DNA of 64,000 nucleotides from a virus (IMGVR_UViG_3300047548_001036:1-64000); one strand, 5' to 3'. Shown: positions 8,560 through 17,371, counted from the first letter of the stretch. Numbers and translations: made by a program. Notes: generated by a model not told the origin, from the letters alone.

Positions 8560-8944
8560 GAATAAGCAAATTGCAGCACGTAAGGAAGGTTCTGCAGACG
8601 CAAGTCTGCTAACTACTCTGCTAGGCGAAGCTGCCATGGTGGGGAAGAACGCCAATCGTGAAACTACTGATCAGGAAGTAGTTGCGGTAGTTAAGAAGTT
8701 TATCAAGAATATTGACGAGACTATCGCGGCACTGACTACTCGCAACCAAGATGCCGGCAGTTTTCTGGCAGAACGAGCTGTTCTAGAAAAGTTTCTGCCC
8801 TTGCAACTTACCGAACTCGCGCTCGAGAACATTGCTAAACAGCATAAGTCTATGCCGGAGTTTATGAAGTTCCTCAAGGAAAATCATGCAGGTCAGTACG
8901 ACGGCAAGCTGGCATCCACTGTGGCTAAGAAGATTTATAACTAA
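8537..8944 (+). CDS. GatB/YqeY-domain protein
   Basis: resemblance to the GatB_YqeY domain at residues EVVAVVKKFIKN...AERAVLEKFLPLQLTELALENIA. AAGGA RBS before ATG 8537; ORF opens at 8510. Confidence 0.45.
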   Translation: MTLMKQIKNKQIAARKEGSADASLLTTLLGEAAMVGKNANRETTDQEVVAVVKKFIKNIDETIAALTTRNQDAGSFLAERAVLEKFLPLQLTELALENIAKQHKSMPEFMKFLKENHAGQYDGKLASTVAKKIYN

Positions 8945-8954
8945 GGATTAAATC

Positions 8955-9398
8955 ATGGATCTGTTTGTTCAATACAATGAACGTTGCACTCATAGTTCGC
9001 GCGAGCCGGTTGAGTACGGGGATTGGCGCGAAGAGTATGAATTCCGAGTTACAGGGGTTAGTCTTACCAGTCAAGATCGATGGTCTGAGGAAAAGCTAGG
9101 GTGCTTAGTTGATGTTAAAGCAGGCGAGCCAGTATTTGTTCTGTATATGACTTACGACACAGGCGACAGCTTTGGATATGCTACAGGCAAGGGCGAAGTT
9201 ATCTGGGTCTTTAAAGATCCCGCGCTGGCCATGGCAGCTAAGGCAAAGTGGGAAGCTGGAAACGCCAAGCGCGATCCAGATTACTCTATCGAGTTCGAAG
9301 TCGATGGGGGCAAGACTATAAAGCAGCACAACCCGGCAGCTGGATATTTTGAGAATATAGGCTATGTCGAAGTTCAAACATTCTTGTTGAATCCATGA
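8955..9398 (+). CDS. hypothetical protein (147 aa)
   Basis: ORF. Confidence 0.5.
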   Translation: MDLFVQYNERCTHSSREPVEYGDWREEYEFRVTGVSLTSQDRWSEEKLGCLVDVKAGEPVFVLYMTYDTGDSFGYATGKGEVIWVFKDPALAMAAKAKWEAGNAKRDPDYSIEFEVDGGKTIKQHNPAAGYFENIGYVEVQTFLLNP

Positions 9399-9631
9399 AT
9401 CAGATTATTGAAAAACTTTCCAAACAGTGTTATGTAACAGGGCCACTAACCCGAGATGGGTGGCCTGAGTACTGCACTTTTGATGAGCAACGGTTTGCTG
9501 ATCTAATTATTCATGAGTGTATCAATGCATTGGCTGCTGAAATAGTGTATAATGAACACTATACAGAACGCAACAAAATTATCGGAGACATGATGATAGT
9601 TGTAAAGAAACACTTCGGAGATGCACAATGA
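9395..9631 (+). CDS. FAELIV..HFG family small protein
   Basis: RFADLIIHECINA...HFGDAQ. Confidence 0.55.
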   Translation: MNQIIEKLSKQCYVTGPLTRDGWPEYCTFDEQRFADLIIHECINALAAEIVYNEHYTERNKIIGDMMIVVKKHFGDAQ

Positions 9632-9807
9632 AAGACTTGAATGAGACTAACCTGCGATACATTAGTACAATGTCGTCTGAAGATCAACACCAGTGGTATC
9701 TGCGTATTAAAGAGTCTTTGCCAACACTGCGTCGAGTGTTTTCTGCCGAAGATATCAAAGAAATAGAAACTGAAATTGAAAATTATGAGCTCCGTTGGAT
9801 GGAATAA
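9628..9807 (+). CDS. hypothetical small protein (59 aa)
   Basis: ORF below 60-aa cutoff, overlaps stops with neighbours. Confidence 0.35.
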   Translation: MKDLNETNLRYISTMSSEDQHQWYLRIKESLPTLRRVFSAEDIKEIETEIENYELRWME

Positions 9808-9809
9808 AA

Positions 9810-10061
9810 ATGAACGAACGAATCCGAGAGCTAGCTGCACAAGCACATGAATATGCTCGTAACTACGTAGCGGATTGTAAGACTTATGGACACTACATGG
9901 ACTCAGACGAACTCGAACAGCAGTTTGAACGAAAGTTTGCCGAACTGCTGATCCGTGAATGTGCCAGTATTGCCAGGGAAGCTGACTCCGTTAATGTGTT
10001 CGGCGCCGGCTTTGGTTATGAGATTGCAGACAACATCGAACAGCAACTAGGAATCTTCTGA
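9810..10061 (+). CDS. FAELIV..HFG family small protein
   Basis: MNERIRELAAQA...KFAELLIRECASIA. Confidence 0.6.
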   Translation: MNERIRELAAQAHEYARNYVADCKTYGHYMDSDELEQQFERKFAELLIRECASIAREADSVNVFGAGFGYEIADNIEQQLGIF

Positions 10062-10318
10062 TGAATATCCGCAAGCGTTTGAAAAACAAACTCAAGTTGT
10101 TGCCTAGGTATAGTGATCACCAAGCAACCGAATCGCGTAGGCCTCGAAAGAACGCAACTTACTTTAGTGATTGGTGTTGTTCCCAATGTTATTGGGATTG
10201 GGGACGTGGATGGGATGGACACTATAATTATCGGCATAACTGTGCAAAAAGCAATTACGACGGGTTACTGAAGAAATACTGGAAACCAACTGACAACTAC
10301 AAGGATAATAATGAGTAA
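10061..10318 (+). CDS. hypothetical basic, W/C-rich protein (85 aa)
   Basis: ORF. Confidence 0.4.
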   Translation: MNIRKRLKNKLKLLPRYSDHQATESRRPRKNATYFSDWCCSQCYWDWGRGWDGHYNYRHNCAKSNYDGLLKKYWKPTDNYKDNNE

Positions 10319-10496
10319 TTTATGGTTTAATATACGGTTCGGCACACGACACTGGCAGTGGGGTCCGGATGGCATGAACTTTAGTCAGAACCCGGCTCAG
10401 GTTGAATGGAAACACTCTGAACCGGAAACCTGGAGGTGGTTCGCGATTTATACCGCGTTTGGTAAAAATTTGAACCCCACATATGAACTGTGGTAA
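10311..10496 (+). CDS. hypothetical Trp-rich small protein
   Basis: ORF. Confidence 0.35.
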   Translation: MSNLWFNIRFGTRHWQWGPDGMNFSQNPAQVEWKHSEPETWRWFAIYTAFGKNLNPTYELW

Positions 10497-10526
10497 TTTT
10501 AAACCCTATACTTCAGAAACACCACT

Positions 10527-10718
10527 ATGAGTTACATGACATACACAATCAACGAACAGATTAAATTTCTCGAAAGTGAAATCACACGAGTTAAAGAACT
10601 GATAAACGAATCCAGTTTTGATTGCACCACTAGTGTTTACGTTATTGTTAAGCAGTACCGTGATGCTATGAAGAAACATCTGCAAATTCTTCGAATGAAC
10701 CTAGAGGACATCGAATGA
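10527..10718 (+). CDS. hypothetical protein (63 aa)
   Basis: ORF. Confidence 0.4.
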   Translation: MSYMTYTINEQIKFLESEITRVKELINESSFDCTTSVYVIVKQYRDAMKKHLQILRMNLEDIE

Positions 10719-10810
10719 AACGCTTTTGGATGACCTGTACCGAGTGTGCACTAACCGAAGTGATGCAACCATGTGAAGCCTGTCCAAACAGACGGGCACA
10801 AGGACTATGA
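10715..10810 (+). CDS. tiny CxxC..CxxC zinc-ribbon-like peptide (31 aa)
   Basis: MKRFWMTCTECALTEVMQPCEACP, ATGA-coupled. Confidence 0.3.
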   Translation: MKRFWMTCTECALTEVMQPCEACPNRRAQGL

Positions 10811-11091
10811 ACTCTACTTTTGAACGGCTTGCCAAACAAGCCGGTGCACATTGGAATCACGGAGACTTCAATATGGGTGCATCTGTAGAGTTCCAAGAAA
10901 GTGATTTGGAAAAGTTCGCTATGTTGATTGTTCAGCAATGTATACACTACCTCGACGGTGAGATTAACCGGTTGTGCGAGTATCAGAAGTCCTTGCCAGA
11001 CCGAGATGAAAATAAGCGAGACAATGTTGATTTGGTCATTGAAAAATGTATGGACAACATTGCCGGGTTAAAAGAACATTTCGGAATTTAA
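10807..11091 (+). CDS. FAELIV..HFG family small protein
   Basis: MNSTFERLAKQAGAHW...KFAMLIVQQC...EHFGI. Confidence 0.55.
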   Translation: MNSTFERLAKQAGAHWNHGDFNMGASVEFQESDLEKFAMLIVQQCIHYLDGEINRLCEYQKSLPDRDENKRDNVDLVIEKCMDNIAGLKEHFGI

Positions 11092-11101
11092 AAGGTAACT
11101 T

Positions 11102-11626
11102 ATGTGGCACGCACCGCTCCCGTTAAAACTTGTTCCAACGACTAGTTCCGAATCATTTAAACAAATGCCCAGGGGTCACACTGGTCTTCCCCTGCGTCCG
11201 CATCCAGGCGCGTTTGCGGTAAAAAGAAAGCATCATATCCATGAGGGTATAGATTTATATGCACCCGTAGGTACACCCGTGTTTGCTGTCGAGACTGGAG
11301 AAGTCAAATCCGTTAGGCAGTTTACTGGTCCGGAGCTGGGTCATGATTGGTGGCTGCCAACCTGGGCTGTCTGGGTTGAAGGTGCCAGCGGGGTAGTCGT
11401 GTATGGTGAGCTGGAGCCCAGGGTGCATGTCGGCGACCACATTCGTGCCGGGGATTGTGTGGGCGCTATTGTACCGGTGTTAAAAACTAATAAAGGTAGG
11501 CCAACTAGCATGTTGCATTTAGAACTCAGGACACCTAATGCTATGCAGGACATCGACTGGCATGCAGATTCCCGGATGCCTGATGGGTTACTCGATCCTA
11601 CACAATTTTTGTTGGATATTTGTTGA
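11102..11626 (+). CDS. M23 family (LytM-like) metallopeptidase
   Basis: HxGIDLYAPVGTPVFAVETGEV motif typical of peptidase M23. Confidence 0.6.
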   Translation: MWHAPLPLKLVPTTSSESFKQMPRGHTGLPLRPHPGAFAVKRKHHIHEGIDLYAPVGTPVFAVETGEVKSVRQFTGPELGHDWWLPTWAVWVEGASGVVVYGELEPRVHVGDHIRAGDCVGAIVPVLKTNKGRPTSMLHLELRTPNAMQDIDWHADSRMPDGLLDPTQFLLDIC

Positions 11627-11643
11627 AATCTGAGGAGTTAAAA

Positions 11644-11907
11644 ATGACATATGCATATAGTGAGGCTGTAGCCTTTGAGAGCTCGGGAGATTTGCCCTAT
11701 AACCAAGAAACAAAAGAGTTTACGCTCACACACGAAACTTTAGAGCAGTATGCAAGGATCATTGCTTATAAGGTAGCACATAATATTAGTAATGGGTATA
11801 AAATGGATCCCACAATTGATCCGCTAACTTACATCGACTGTCGTAACTTTTCTAACGATAACGGATACCCGGATTATGAAATAATGCCAGTTGACGAATC
11901 AGATTGA
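11644..11907 (+). CDS. hypothetical protein
   Basis: GAGGAG RBS before ATG 11644; ORF opens at 11620. Confidence 0.45.
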   Translation: MTYAYSEAVAFESSGDLPYNQETKEFTLTHETLEQYARIIAYKVAHNISNGYKMDPTIDPLTYIDCRNFSNDNGYPDYEIMPVDESD

Positions 11908-11920
11908 TTATCACTTTCAA

Positions 11921-12172
11921 ATGAACCAACAAATACTTGACATTGTTAGGCAAAATGAACGAATCCGTAATCTCTATGAGATCGGACCAGTTCAGCAGGC
12001 AGAGGTAGAGCAGTTTGCAGAAGACTTGCTGATCATTGCTCGAAATATCGTGTTAAACGGACTTTACGATGAAGAAGAATTTAACCCTGCAGATCCTTGG
12101 CATCAGGGTCACAACCAGGCATTGATCAATGTTGCTGAAGGCATAAAGAACTACTTTGAGTTGCGTGTATAA
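11921..12172 (+). CDS. small protein, divergent FAELIV-like (QFAEDLLIIARN...NYFEL)
   Basis: motif similarity; ORF opens at 11891. Confidence 0.45.
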   Translation: MNQQILDIVRQNERIRNLYEIGPVQQAEVEQFAEDLLIIARNIVLNGLYDEEEFNPADPWHQGHNQALINVAEGIKNYFELRV

Positions 12173-12180
12173 TATACACA
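12164..12180 (+). promoter_or_regulatory. conserved phage promoter cassette
   Basis: CGTGTATAATATACACATAGACAACAAAC. Confidence 0.6.
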
Positions 12181-12202
12181 TAGACAACAAACTGGAGCAG
12201 AT

Positions 12203-12571
12203 ATGAAGCGTGGTGATCAAGTTAGCGTGTGCTACGATGGCAAGTGGGGTCGTCGAGTAGAAGGCACTGTCCTTGCTACTGACCGTGGAGGACGTATCTT
12301 GGTTCGATTTGTTCCTTGGGCCAGTGACCTGGAAAATCCAGTGGATCATTGGTTCCATGTTCGTCGTCGCAGTGCTCGTTATGGTGGGCCGCGCAAGTAT
12401 TTCGCAGGCTTTGTTCCGGTGCAGGTCAGCCTCATGCGCAATCTGTTTGGCACGTATGGAGATTGGTATGAAGTCAAGTCACTTTCGTACAATGTTGATA
12501 ACACCAAAACAGGTCGTTGGTTTCGTAAGCAACTGTACAAGATGAACACCGAAAATAAAACATCCACTTGA
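12203..12571 (+). CDS. hypothetical protein (122 aa)
   Basis: ORF after promoter cassette. Confidence 0.5.
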   Translation: MKRGDQVSVCYDGKWGRRVEGTVLATDRGGRILVRFVPWASDLENPVDHWFHVRRRSARYGGPRKYFAGFVPVQVSLMRNLFGTYGDWYEVKSLSYNVDNTKTGRWFRKQLYKMNTENKTST

Positions 12572-12575
12572 GCCC

Positions 12576-12592
12576 GCGTTATAATACACACA
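12576..12592 (+). promoter_or_regulatory. conserved phage promoter cassette
   Basis: GCGTTATAATACACACATAGACAGCAAAAAC. Confidence 0.6.
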
Positions 12593-12623
12593 TAGACAGC
12601 AAAAACCGTTAAAGGAACACACA

Positions 12624-12917
12624 ATGCGTAAAGAGAACTTGGAATATAATGTCAAGAATGCGATCTCTGCTCTGCAAGATCTGATGGATCAAGGCTACAA
12701 GGTCGAGGATGATACGGTGCTGGAGTGGAAGGACAAGTATTACGACCTAGTGTTCACTATTCGAGATCACCTGTATAATGCCGAGGCCCTGTACAAAGAT
12801 ATGCAAGACAACGGTCTGACTCTAGGCACTGCCGAGGCCGAAGGCTATCTGCGTGGTGCTAGGTACTTGTATAATTGTGTCAAAGATGACATTGCAGGAG
12901 ACGATGGCGAAATTTGA
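12624..12917 (+). CDS. hypothetical protein (97 aa)
   Basis: ORF after promoter cassette, AAAGGAAC RBS. Confidence 0.5.
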   Translation: MRKENLEYNVKNAISALQDLMDQGYKVEDDTVLEWKDKYYDLVFTIRDHLYNAEALYKDMQDNGLTLGTAEAEGYLRGARYLYNCVKDDIAGDDGEI

Positions 12918-12932
12918 GTGTATAATACACAT
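12916..12932 (+). promoter_or_regulatory. conserved phage promoter cassette
   Basis: GAGTGTATAATACACAT. Confidence 0.55.
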
Positions 12933-12959
12933 ATGGACACCAACACAGAGGAACGACAA

Positions 12960-13700
12960 ATGAACATTGAACAAACTATTAACAAACTGGCTGTAGGCTG
13001 CCTGCCTAAGTGGCCGCAGATGCTAGTTTCAGGAAAGCCAGTTACTGTTGAACAGGCCAAGGACATTATCCTGCGCACTGATCGGTTCCTTACTGATGCA
13101 GACGATTTTGCCGGAGGTAATGCTCGTGAGTTTAATCGCGAGTATCGTAAGATGGCCGGATTGACTCGCATTCAGAAAACCAAGCAGTACCCTGAAGGCC
13201 ATAGTTATGTTACTGCTGATTGGGATCTGCAAGACAAAGTCAAAGACGCACTTGGCGTAATTGAAACTGAGTATGTGCGTAATGATTGGGCTAGCTGTAG
13301 TTTCATCGGTGGTCCGCACGGCTGGTGTCATCCTGACGGCACCATTTACTTTGACGACAATGTAGGCAAGTGGCCTAGCATTGAAGACATTTACAGAGAG
13401 TGGGGGGACATCGCTCAAGAATTTCCCTATCTTGACCTGCATGTCACGCTGATGAGCGGTGAGAGCTGCGATGATTACAGCCGCCCAGTGATCAATATTC
13501 GCGTAGTCAATGGCGAGGCTACCTTGGCCGAGCCTGATGACACAGTGCATAGTTATCAGAAGCAGACCTCGGAAGATAAGGTGGAACAATTTGTTGAATC
13601 CATGCGTAATTTTGGTACCAGTCGAGAAATTGGCCTTCCGGCAAAGTGGTATGAAGAATTCGCTGAGCGGGTTCGCACTGCGGTGGCAACCGTGCTATAA
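12960..13700 (+). CDS. hypothetical protein (~246 aa)
   Basis: first ATG with RBS (GAGGAAC) downstream of the promoter box. The ORF-list start 12918 lies inside the -10 box. Confidence 0.5.
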   Translation: MNIEQTINKLAVGCLPKWPQMLVSGKPVTVEQAKDIILRTDRFLTDADDFAGGNAREFNREYRKMAGLTRIQKTKQYPEGHSYVTADWDLQDKVKDALGVIETEYVRNDWASCSFIGGPHGWCHPDGTIYFDDNVGKWPSIEDIYREWGDIAQEFPYLDLHVTLMSGESCDDYSRPVINIRVVNGEATLAEPDDTVHSYQKQTSEDKVEQFVESMRNFGTSREIGLPAKWYEEFAERVRTAVATVL

Positions 13701-13709
13701 TACACATAG
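13690..13709 (+). promoter_or_regulatory. conserved phage promoter cassette
   Basis: CCGTGCTATAATACACATAG. Confidence 0.6.
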
Positions 13710-13728
13710 ACAATAAAGGACTAAGACG

Positions 13729-13953
13729 ATGGCAAAGGCAAAATCATACTTTTGGACTAAAGCAGCAGGGGTCAATGCCGACATTGAACGCCATCGTGAA
13801 CGGGAACAAGAGCTGCAAGCACGCATAGATGAACTGGAGGCCAAACCAGTCAAGACCGAGCGTGATCTGATTGCGATCCGCACTTGGCGGAACTTCATGT
13901 GCCAGCTGCAAGCTAGCAAGGCTGAAGCTGTGGGCCGTCTTGGCCGTAAGTGA
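13729..13953 (+). CDS. hypothetical coiled-coil protein (74 aa)
   Basis: ORF. Confidence 0.45.
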   Translation: MAKAKSYFWTKAAGVNADIERHREREQELQARIDELEAKPVKTERDLIAIRTWRNFMCQLQASKAEAVGRLGRK

Positions 13954-13962
13954 CGCAAATCT

Positions 13963-13977
13963 GTGCTATAATTGACT
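13963..13977 (+). promoter_or_regulatory. conserved phage promoter cassette (variant)
   Basis: TGTGCTATAATTGAC. Confidence 0.5.
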
Positions 13978-14006
13978 TACCGCAACAAACAACACACGAT
14001 CCAAAC

Positions 14007-14147
14007 ATGTTCTACGTTAACCTATTTTTCAGCGCGTACAGTTCATATCTGTTTGCAACTTCAGAAACTGGCCTGGACCGTACGATTAACGGTTTGGCGA
14101 TTTTTCTGAATTTGGCAGCAGTGTGGTTACACCTTGCTAACCAATAA
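14007..14147 (+). CDS. small hydrophobic protein (FFSAYSSYLFATSET...LNLAAVW), paralog of 17372-17518
   Basis: ORF plus paralogy. Confidence 0.45.
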   Translation: MFYVNLFFSAYSSYLFATSETGLDRTINGLAIFLNLAAVWLHLANQ

Positions 14148-14162
14148 CAAAGGAACACTACC

Positions 14163-14279
14163 ATGCAACTGAAACTGAAACTTACTCTCCGCCAAGTCAC
14201 TGCCCGCACCCAAGCTGAAGTTATGGGCCGCACAGTTAATTGGGCAGCGTTTAAGCAGGTCATGGACCGCGCATATTAA
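14163..14279 (+). CDS. small protein MQLKLKLTLRQVTARTQAEVM..., N-terminus paralogous to 16505-16843
   Basis: shared 21-aa N-terminus. Confidence 0.4.
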   Translation: MQLKLKLTLRQVTARTQAEVMGRTVNWAAFKQVMDRAY

Positions 14280-14409
14280 AAGGAACATCGATCATGGAAA
14301 AGCGTGATATCATCACAATTGGAGTCGGATTCGTTATTATGACAGCTGGAATCGTCTGGTTGGTTAGTATTGTTCAGCGTATCAGTTGTGGAAGTTAAAG
14401 GAGAACAGC

Positions 14410-14610
14410 ATGGCACAGATTACCAAACCCATAGCATATCGCGTAGATATCATGGAGTTCGATCGTTTTATGGGCAGCAAGTTGGATGAAACTATCTACT
14501 TTGATAACGAAGCAGAAGCTCGCGAACATGTACGCAATTTCAATTCTCTGAACACTGCAGACACTGTACCGGATTGGTATATGGTTGCTGAATATTGTGG
14601 GCGGGTTTAA
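14410..14610 (+). CDS. hypothetical protein (66 aa)
   Basis: AAAGGAGAA RBS before ATG 14410; ORF opens at 14386. Confidence 0.45.
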   Translation: MAQITKPIAYRVDIMEFDRFMGSKLDETIYFDNEAEAREHVRNFNSLNTADTVPDWYMVAEYCGRV

Positions 14611-14611
14611 T

Positions 14612-14857
14612 ATGAACGAACGAATTCGAGAACTTGCTGAACAGGCTAGCGAAAAAATCAATTACAGAGTCGATCCGAATACATTCAGTGAAATTGACGA
14701 TCCGAACGGTCCCCACATTCGAACACAATTCAATAAAGAAAAGTTCGCCGAGTTGATTGTGAAAGAATGTATGCAAGTGTCAATGAAGTCTGTTGAAATG
14801 GACGCAGATTACGAAGCATGGTATTTGATTAAACAGCATTTCGGAGTTGACGAATGA
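14612..14857 (+). CDS. FAELIV..HFG family small protein
   Basis: MNERIRELAEQASEK...KFAELIVKECMQ...HFGVDE. Confidence 0.6.
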   Translation: MNERIRELAEQASEKINYRVDPNTFSEIDDPNGPHIRTQFNKEKFAELIVKECMQVSMKSVEMDADYEAWYLIKQHFGVDE

Positions 14858-15011
14858 AACAATTTAAGGTATCTGTCCAGATTGGGTTCTATTCGGAACC
14901 TTATGCTCATCACACAGTGTGGGCATACAATAAGCAGGATGCTCTTGCTCGTGTTGATGCAATGTTGCCCAAGTATGCGGGTCATAGATTTTTGAATGTT
15001 GTGATGGCATG
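14854..15011 (+). CDS. hypothetical small protein (52 aa)
   Basis: ATGA-coupled ORF. Confidence 0.35.
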
Positions 15012-15245
15012 AACGAACGAATTGGAAAACTATTGAGTCGGTCCGGTGGTGAATTTTATGAGGGATGGTTAGGTAGTCCCAATACTATCAGGTTTACCGA
15101 GGATGAATTGAAAACTTTCATCGAGTTGATTGTGGAAGAGTGTGTTAGTCAATGCTGGACTGCATCAGAAATTGAACACAAAGGATATGTTATTTCTGAA
15201 TGTTCTAAAAGGATGAGAAAACATTTCGGAGTTGAAAATGAATGA
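15009..15245 (+). CDS. FAELIV..HFG family small protein
   Basis: MNERIGKLL...FIELIVEECVSQ...HFGVENE. Confidence 0.6.
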   Translation: MNERIGKLLSRSGGEFYEGWLGSPNTIRFTEDELKTFIELIVEECVSQCWTASEIEHKGYVISECSKRMRKHFGVENE

Positions 15246-15441
15246 ACGAATTCGAGAACTATCAGCACAGGCTGGCTTCACAGCGAATGATGATCAAAAG
15301 GTTTTCTTGAGGGTATATGAACAAGAACTGGTAAAGTTCGCAAAGTTGATTGCGCAAGAATGCGCTGATATTTGTTACAACAGGGATTATACCTGTGGCA
15401 GCGCATACGGCGATGATATTGTGGAACTTTTTGGAATCTGA
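15241..15441 (+). CDS. FAELIV..HFG family small protein
   Basis: MNERIRELSAQAGF...FAKLIAQECADI...LFGI. Confidence 0.6.
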   Translation, partial: NERIRELSAQAGFTANDDQKVFLRVYEQELVKFAKLIAQECADICYNRDYTCGSAYGDDIVELFGI

Positions 15442-15447
15442 CTGAAC

Positions 15448-15469
15448 TTGTGCTATAATATACACATAC
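15448..15469 (+). promoter_or_regulatory. conserved phage promoter cassette
   Basis: TTGTGCTATAATATACACATAC. Confidence 0.6.
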
Positions 15470-15493
15470 AGTAAACAACACAAAGGACCAAAA

Positions 15494-15742
15494 ATGCAAA
15501 CTGATCTTTACAATACGGCATTGCGTTATGCAAAGATTGTTCGTGATAGCACCAACAGCAATGGCAAACCCAACACCCATGTTAAACGCGATAATGTTCT
15601 GGCGGTGCTCACTTATCAGTTTGCAGGGACTGATGCCACCGGCCAAGGACGAGTTGTTACACGCGAGTTTATGGAACGACTGGCGCGAGATGTGGGTGGA
15701 ACTTACGAACTCAATCCTGCTCGAATTGTGTTCACACGTTAA
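15494..15742 (+). CDS. hypothetical protein (82 aa)
   Basis: ORF. Confidence 0.45.
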   Translation: MQTDLYNTALRYAKIVRDSTNSNGKPNTHVKRDNVLAVLTYQFAGTDATGQGRVVTREFMERLARDVGGTYELNPARIVFTR

Positions 15743-15785
15743 ACTGACATAATATCTGACAACGAAATGGATAAGGAATAAGATC

Positions 15786-16148
15786 ATGGCACGCAAGACC
15801 AAGGCAGAACGCGAAGCAGAAGCACATCTGGCCCGCGTCGAACAGGAAATGAGGGCTCGAGACGCATACCCAGCCCTGCTCATGGAGACGCTAGAACGCG
15901 CAGCCAAACTGAGCTTCGACCTTCGCGTTCGTGACGGCAAGTTCGAAGTCCTTGATAGTAATTCTCCGGTAGACTATTGGACGCTGACCTATGACTACAC
16001 CCCCGACGCTGACAGCGATCTGGACATGCTCCGGTGGGAAGTTGAGCGGCAAGAACAAGCCATAGCAGAAGCCAATCGCAAGATCCAAGCCCGGCAAGCT
16101 GCTCTGGCCAAACTGAGCCTGGAAGAACGCGAACTGCTGGGACTTTAA
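15786..16148 (+). CDS. hypothetical coiled-coil protein (120 aa)
   Basis: ORF. Confidence 0.5.
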   Translation: MARKTKAEREAEAHLARVEQEMRARDAYPALLMETLERAAKLSFDLRVRDGKFEVLDSNSPVDYWTLTYDYTPDADSDLDMLRWEVERQEQAIAEANRKIQARQAALAKLSLEERELLGL

Positions 16149-16268
16149 CACGCAATGAAGCCCATTACTCGAATTAGAATCGCAAGTATTTTAGCTATGC
16201 TACTCTGCCTAATTACAGTCATTGTTGGTAGCATACTTGCCCAATTATAAAGATCTAGAAGACAAACC

Positions 16269-16466
16269 GTGCTGGATAAAATTTATGACCTAGCTTTGGG
16301 TTGGGCTGGATTAGTATGCCTGTGCATAGCGTTGCTAATAGGACTGGCATCTACTGTTGGCCCAGGTCCTGGCTATGATACCAAAGCTGATTGCGAATCT
16401 GCCGGTGGCCAATGGGTACAGACTATGAAAGCCTACCACACCTGTAAGTTCAGTAAATCCAATTAA
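16269..16466 (+). CDS. small membrane protein (65 aa; start uncertain)
   Basis: hydrophobic N-terminus. Confidence 0.35.
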   Translation: MLDKIYDLALGWAGLVCLCIALLIGLASTVGPGPGYDTKADCESAGGQWVQTMKAYHTCKFSKSN

Positions 16467-16468
16467 CC

Positions 16469-16488
16469 CTGTGCTATAATACACTCAC
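16469..16488 (+). promoter_or_regulatory. conserved phage promoter cassette
   Basis: CTGTGCTATAATACACTCAC. Confidence 0.6.
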
Positions 16489-16504
16489 ACAAAGGAACAC
16501 AATC

Positions 16505-16843
16505 ATGCAACTTAAACTTAACCTTACTCCCCGCCAAGTCACTGCCCGTACCCAAGCCGAAGTCATGAGTCGCATTCGTGATCGACATTTGTTCAGTTTT
16601 GGCGGTCTGGGTAATGCTCTTATCCCCTACCCTGGCGACCGCAAAGACCATGTGCGAGTCTATAGCCTGGAGAAGCGTCGTAAGCGTGTTGAACGAGTCA
16701 ACACTGGCTTGGTTCGTAGTACCCATGTGATTAGCCGCGGTCATTGGGTTGGTAACTACTACGATATTCCTGCTAGTCTGCTGGAAGCTGCTGGTCTGAA
16801 AGTTGTTCAAGGACCACGAACTTTTGAGATCAAGAAGCGATAA
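16505..16843 (+). CDS. hypothetical protein (112 aa), N-terminus MQLKLNLTPRQVTARTQAEVM
   Basis: ORF. Confidence 0.5.
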   Translation: MQLKLNLTPRQVTARTQAEVMSRIRDRHLFSFGGLGNALIPYPGDRKDHVRVYSLEKRRKRVERVNTGLVRSTHVISRGHWVGNYYDIPASLLEAAGLKVVQGPRTFEIKKR

Positions 16844-16844
16844 T

Positions 16845-16865
16845 GGTGTTATAATACACTTACAG
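16845..16865 (+). promoter_or_regulatory. conserved phage promoter cassette
   Basis: GGTGTTATAATACACTTACAG. Confidence 0.6.
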
Positions 16866-16886
16866 CAACACACTAGGAGTAGAAAA

Positions 16887-17050
16887 TGACCAATTATGTT
16901 GTCTATCAAGTTGAGTTTGGTGCAGATGTTGATGGTCGCGGACCGGAGCGCTGGAGGTGTGGTGAAGTGGGGCGCTTTGCCACCGAAGCAGAAGCAGAAG
17001 CTTTCATGGAAACTTTCTATGATTACTGTGAGGTTGAGGTAGAAGACTAA
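16887..17050 (+). CDS. hypothetical small protein (54 aa)
   Basis: TAGGAG RBS, follows promoter. Confidence 0.4.
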
Positions 17051-17056
17051 CGGACT

Positions 17057-17078
17057 GATGTTATAATACACTTACAGC
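17057..17078 (+). promoter_or_regulatory. conserved phage promoter cassette
   Basis: TGATGTTATAATACACTTACAG. Confidence 0.6.
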
Positions 17079-17099
17079 AAACAACACCTGGAGTAAGAG

Positions 17100-17318
17100 A
17101 TGGCAACTGTAGCAGAAATGATCGAGTTCTTCAAGACCCTTCCGCAGGATGCCATCGTTGAGTGCGGTGTGGAGCAGATTGGCGGCTATTACACTGAGAT
17201 GGCCATGAAGCCCGTGGACATTGAATCCATCAAAGTCCTCGACTATTCGAGCGAGGAATACCGCAAGCTCTATCCGTCGATGGAAGGAAAAATCTACATC
17301 GAACTCCACGGCGAGTGA
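17100..17318 (+). CDS. hypothetical protein (72 aa)
   Basis: ORF after promoter, GGAG RBS. Confidence 0.5.
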   Translation: MATVAEMIEFFKTLPQDAIVECGVEQIGGYYTEMAMKPVDIESIKVLDYSSEEYRKLYPSMEGKIYIELHGE

Positions 17319-17322
17319 CATT

Positions 17323-17344
17323 CTGTGCTATAATACAATTACAG
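17323..17344 (+). promoter_or_regulatory. conserved phage promoter cassette
   Basis: CTGTGCTATAATACAATTACAG. Confidence 0.6.
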
Positions 17345-17371
17345 CAACACACTACACATTGAGTTCAAAAC

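Noticed and set aside
15278-15940. 220-aa minus-strand ORF
   Set aside because: It overlaps three + strand genes, including family members, and a promoter cassette. It has no start context.
16463-17071. 202-aa minus-strand ORF
   Set aside because: It spans two promoter cassettes and is antisense to + genes.
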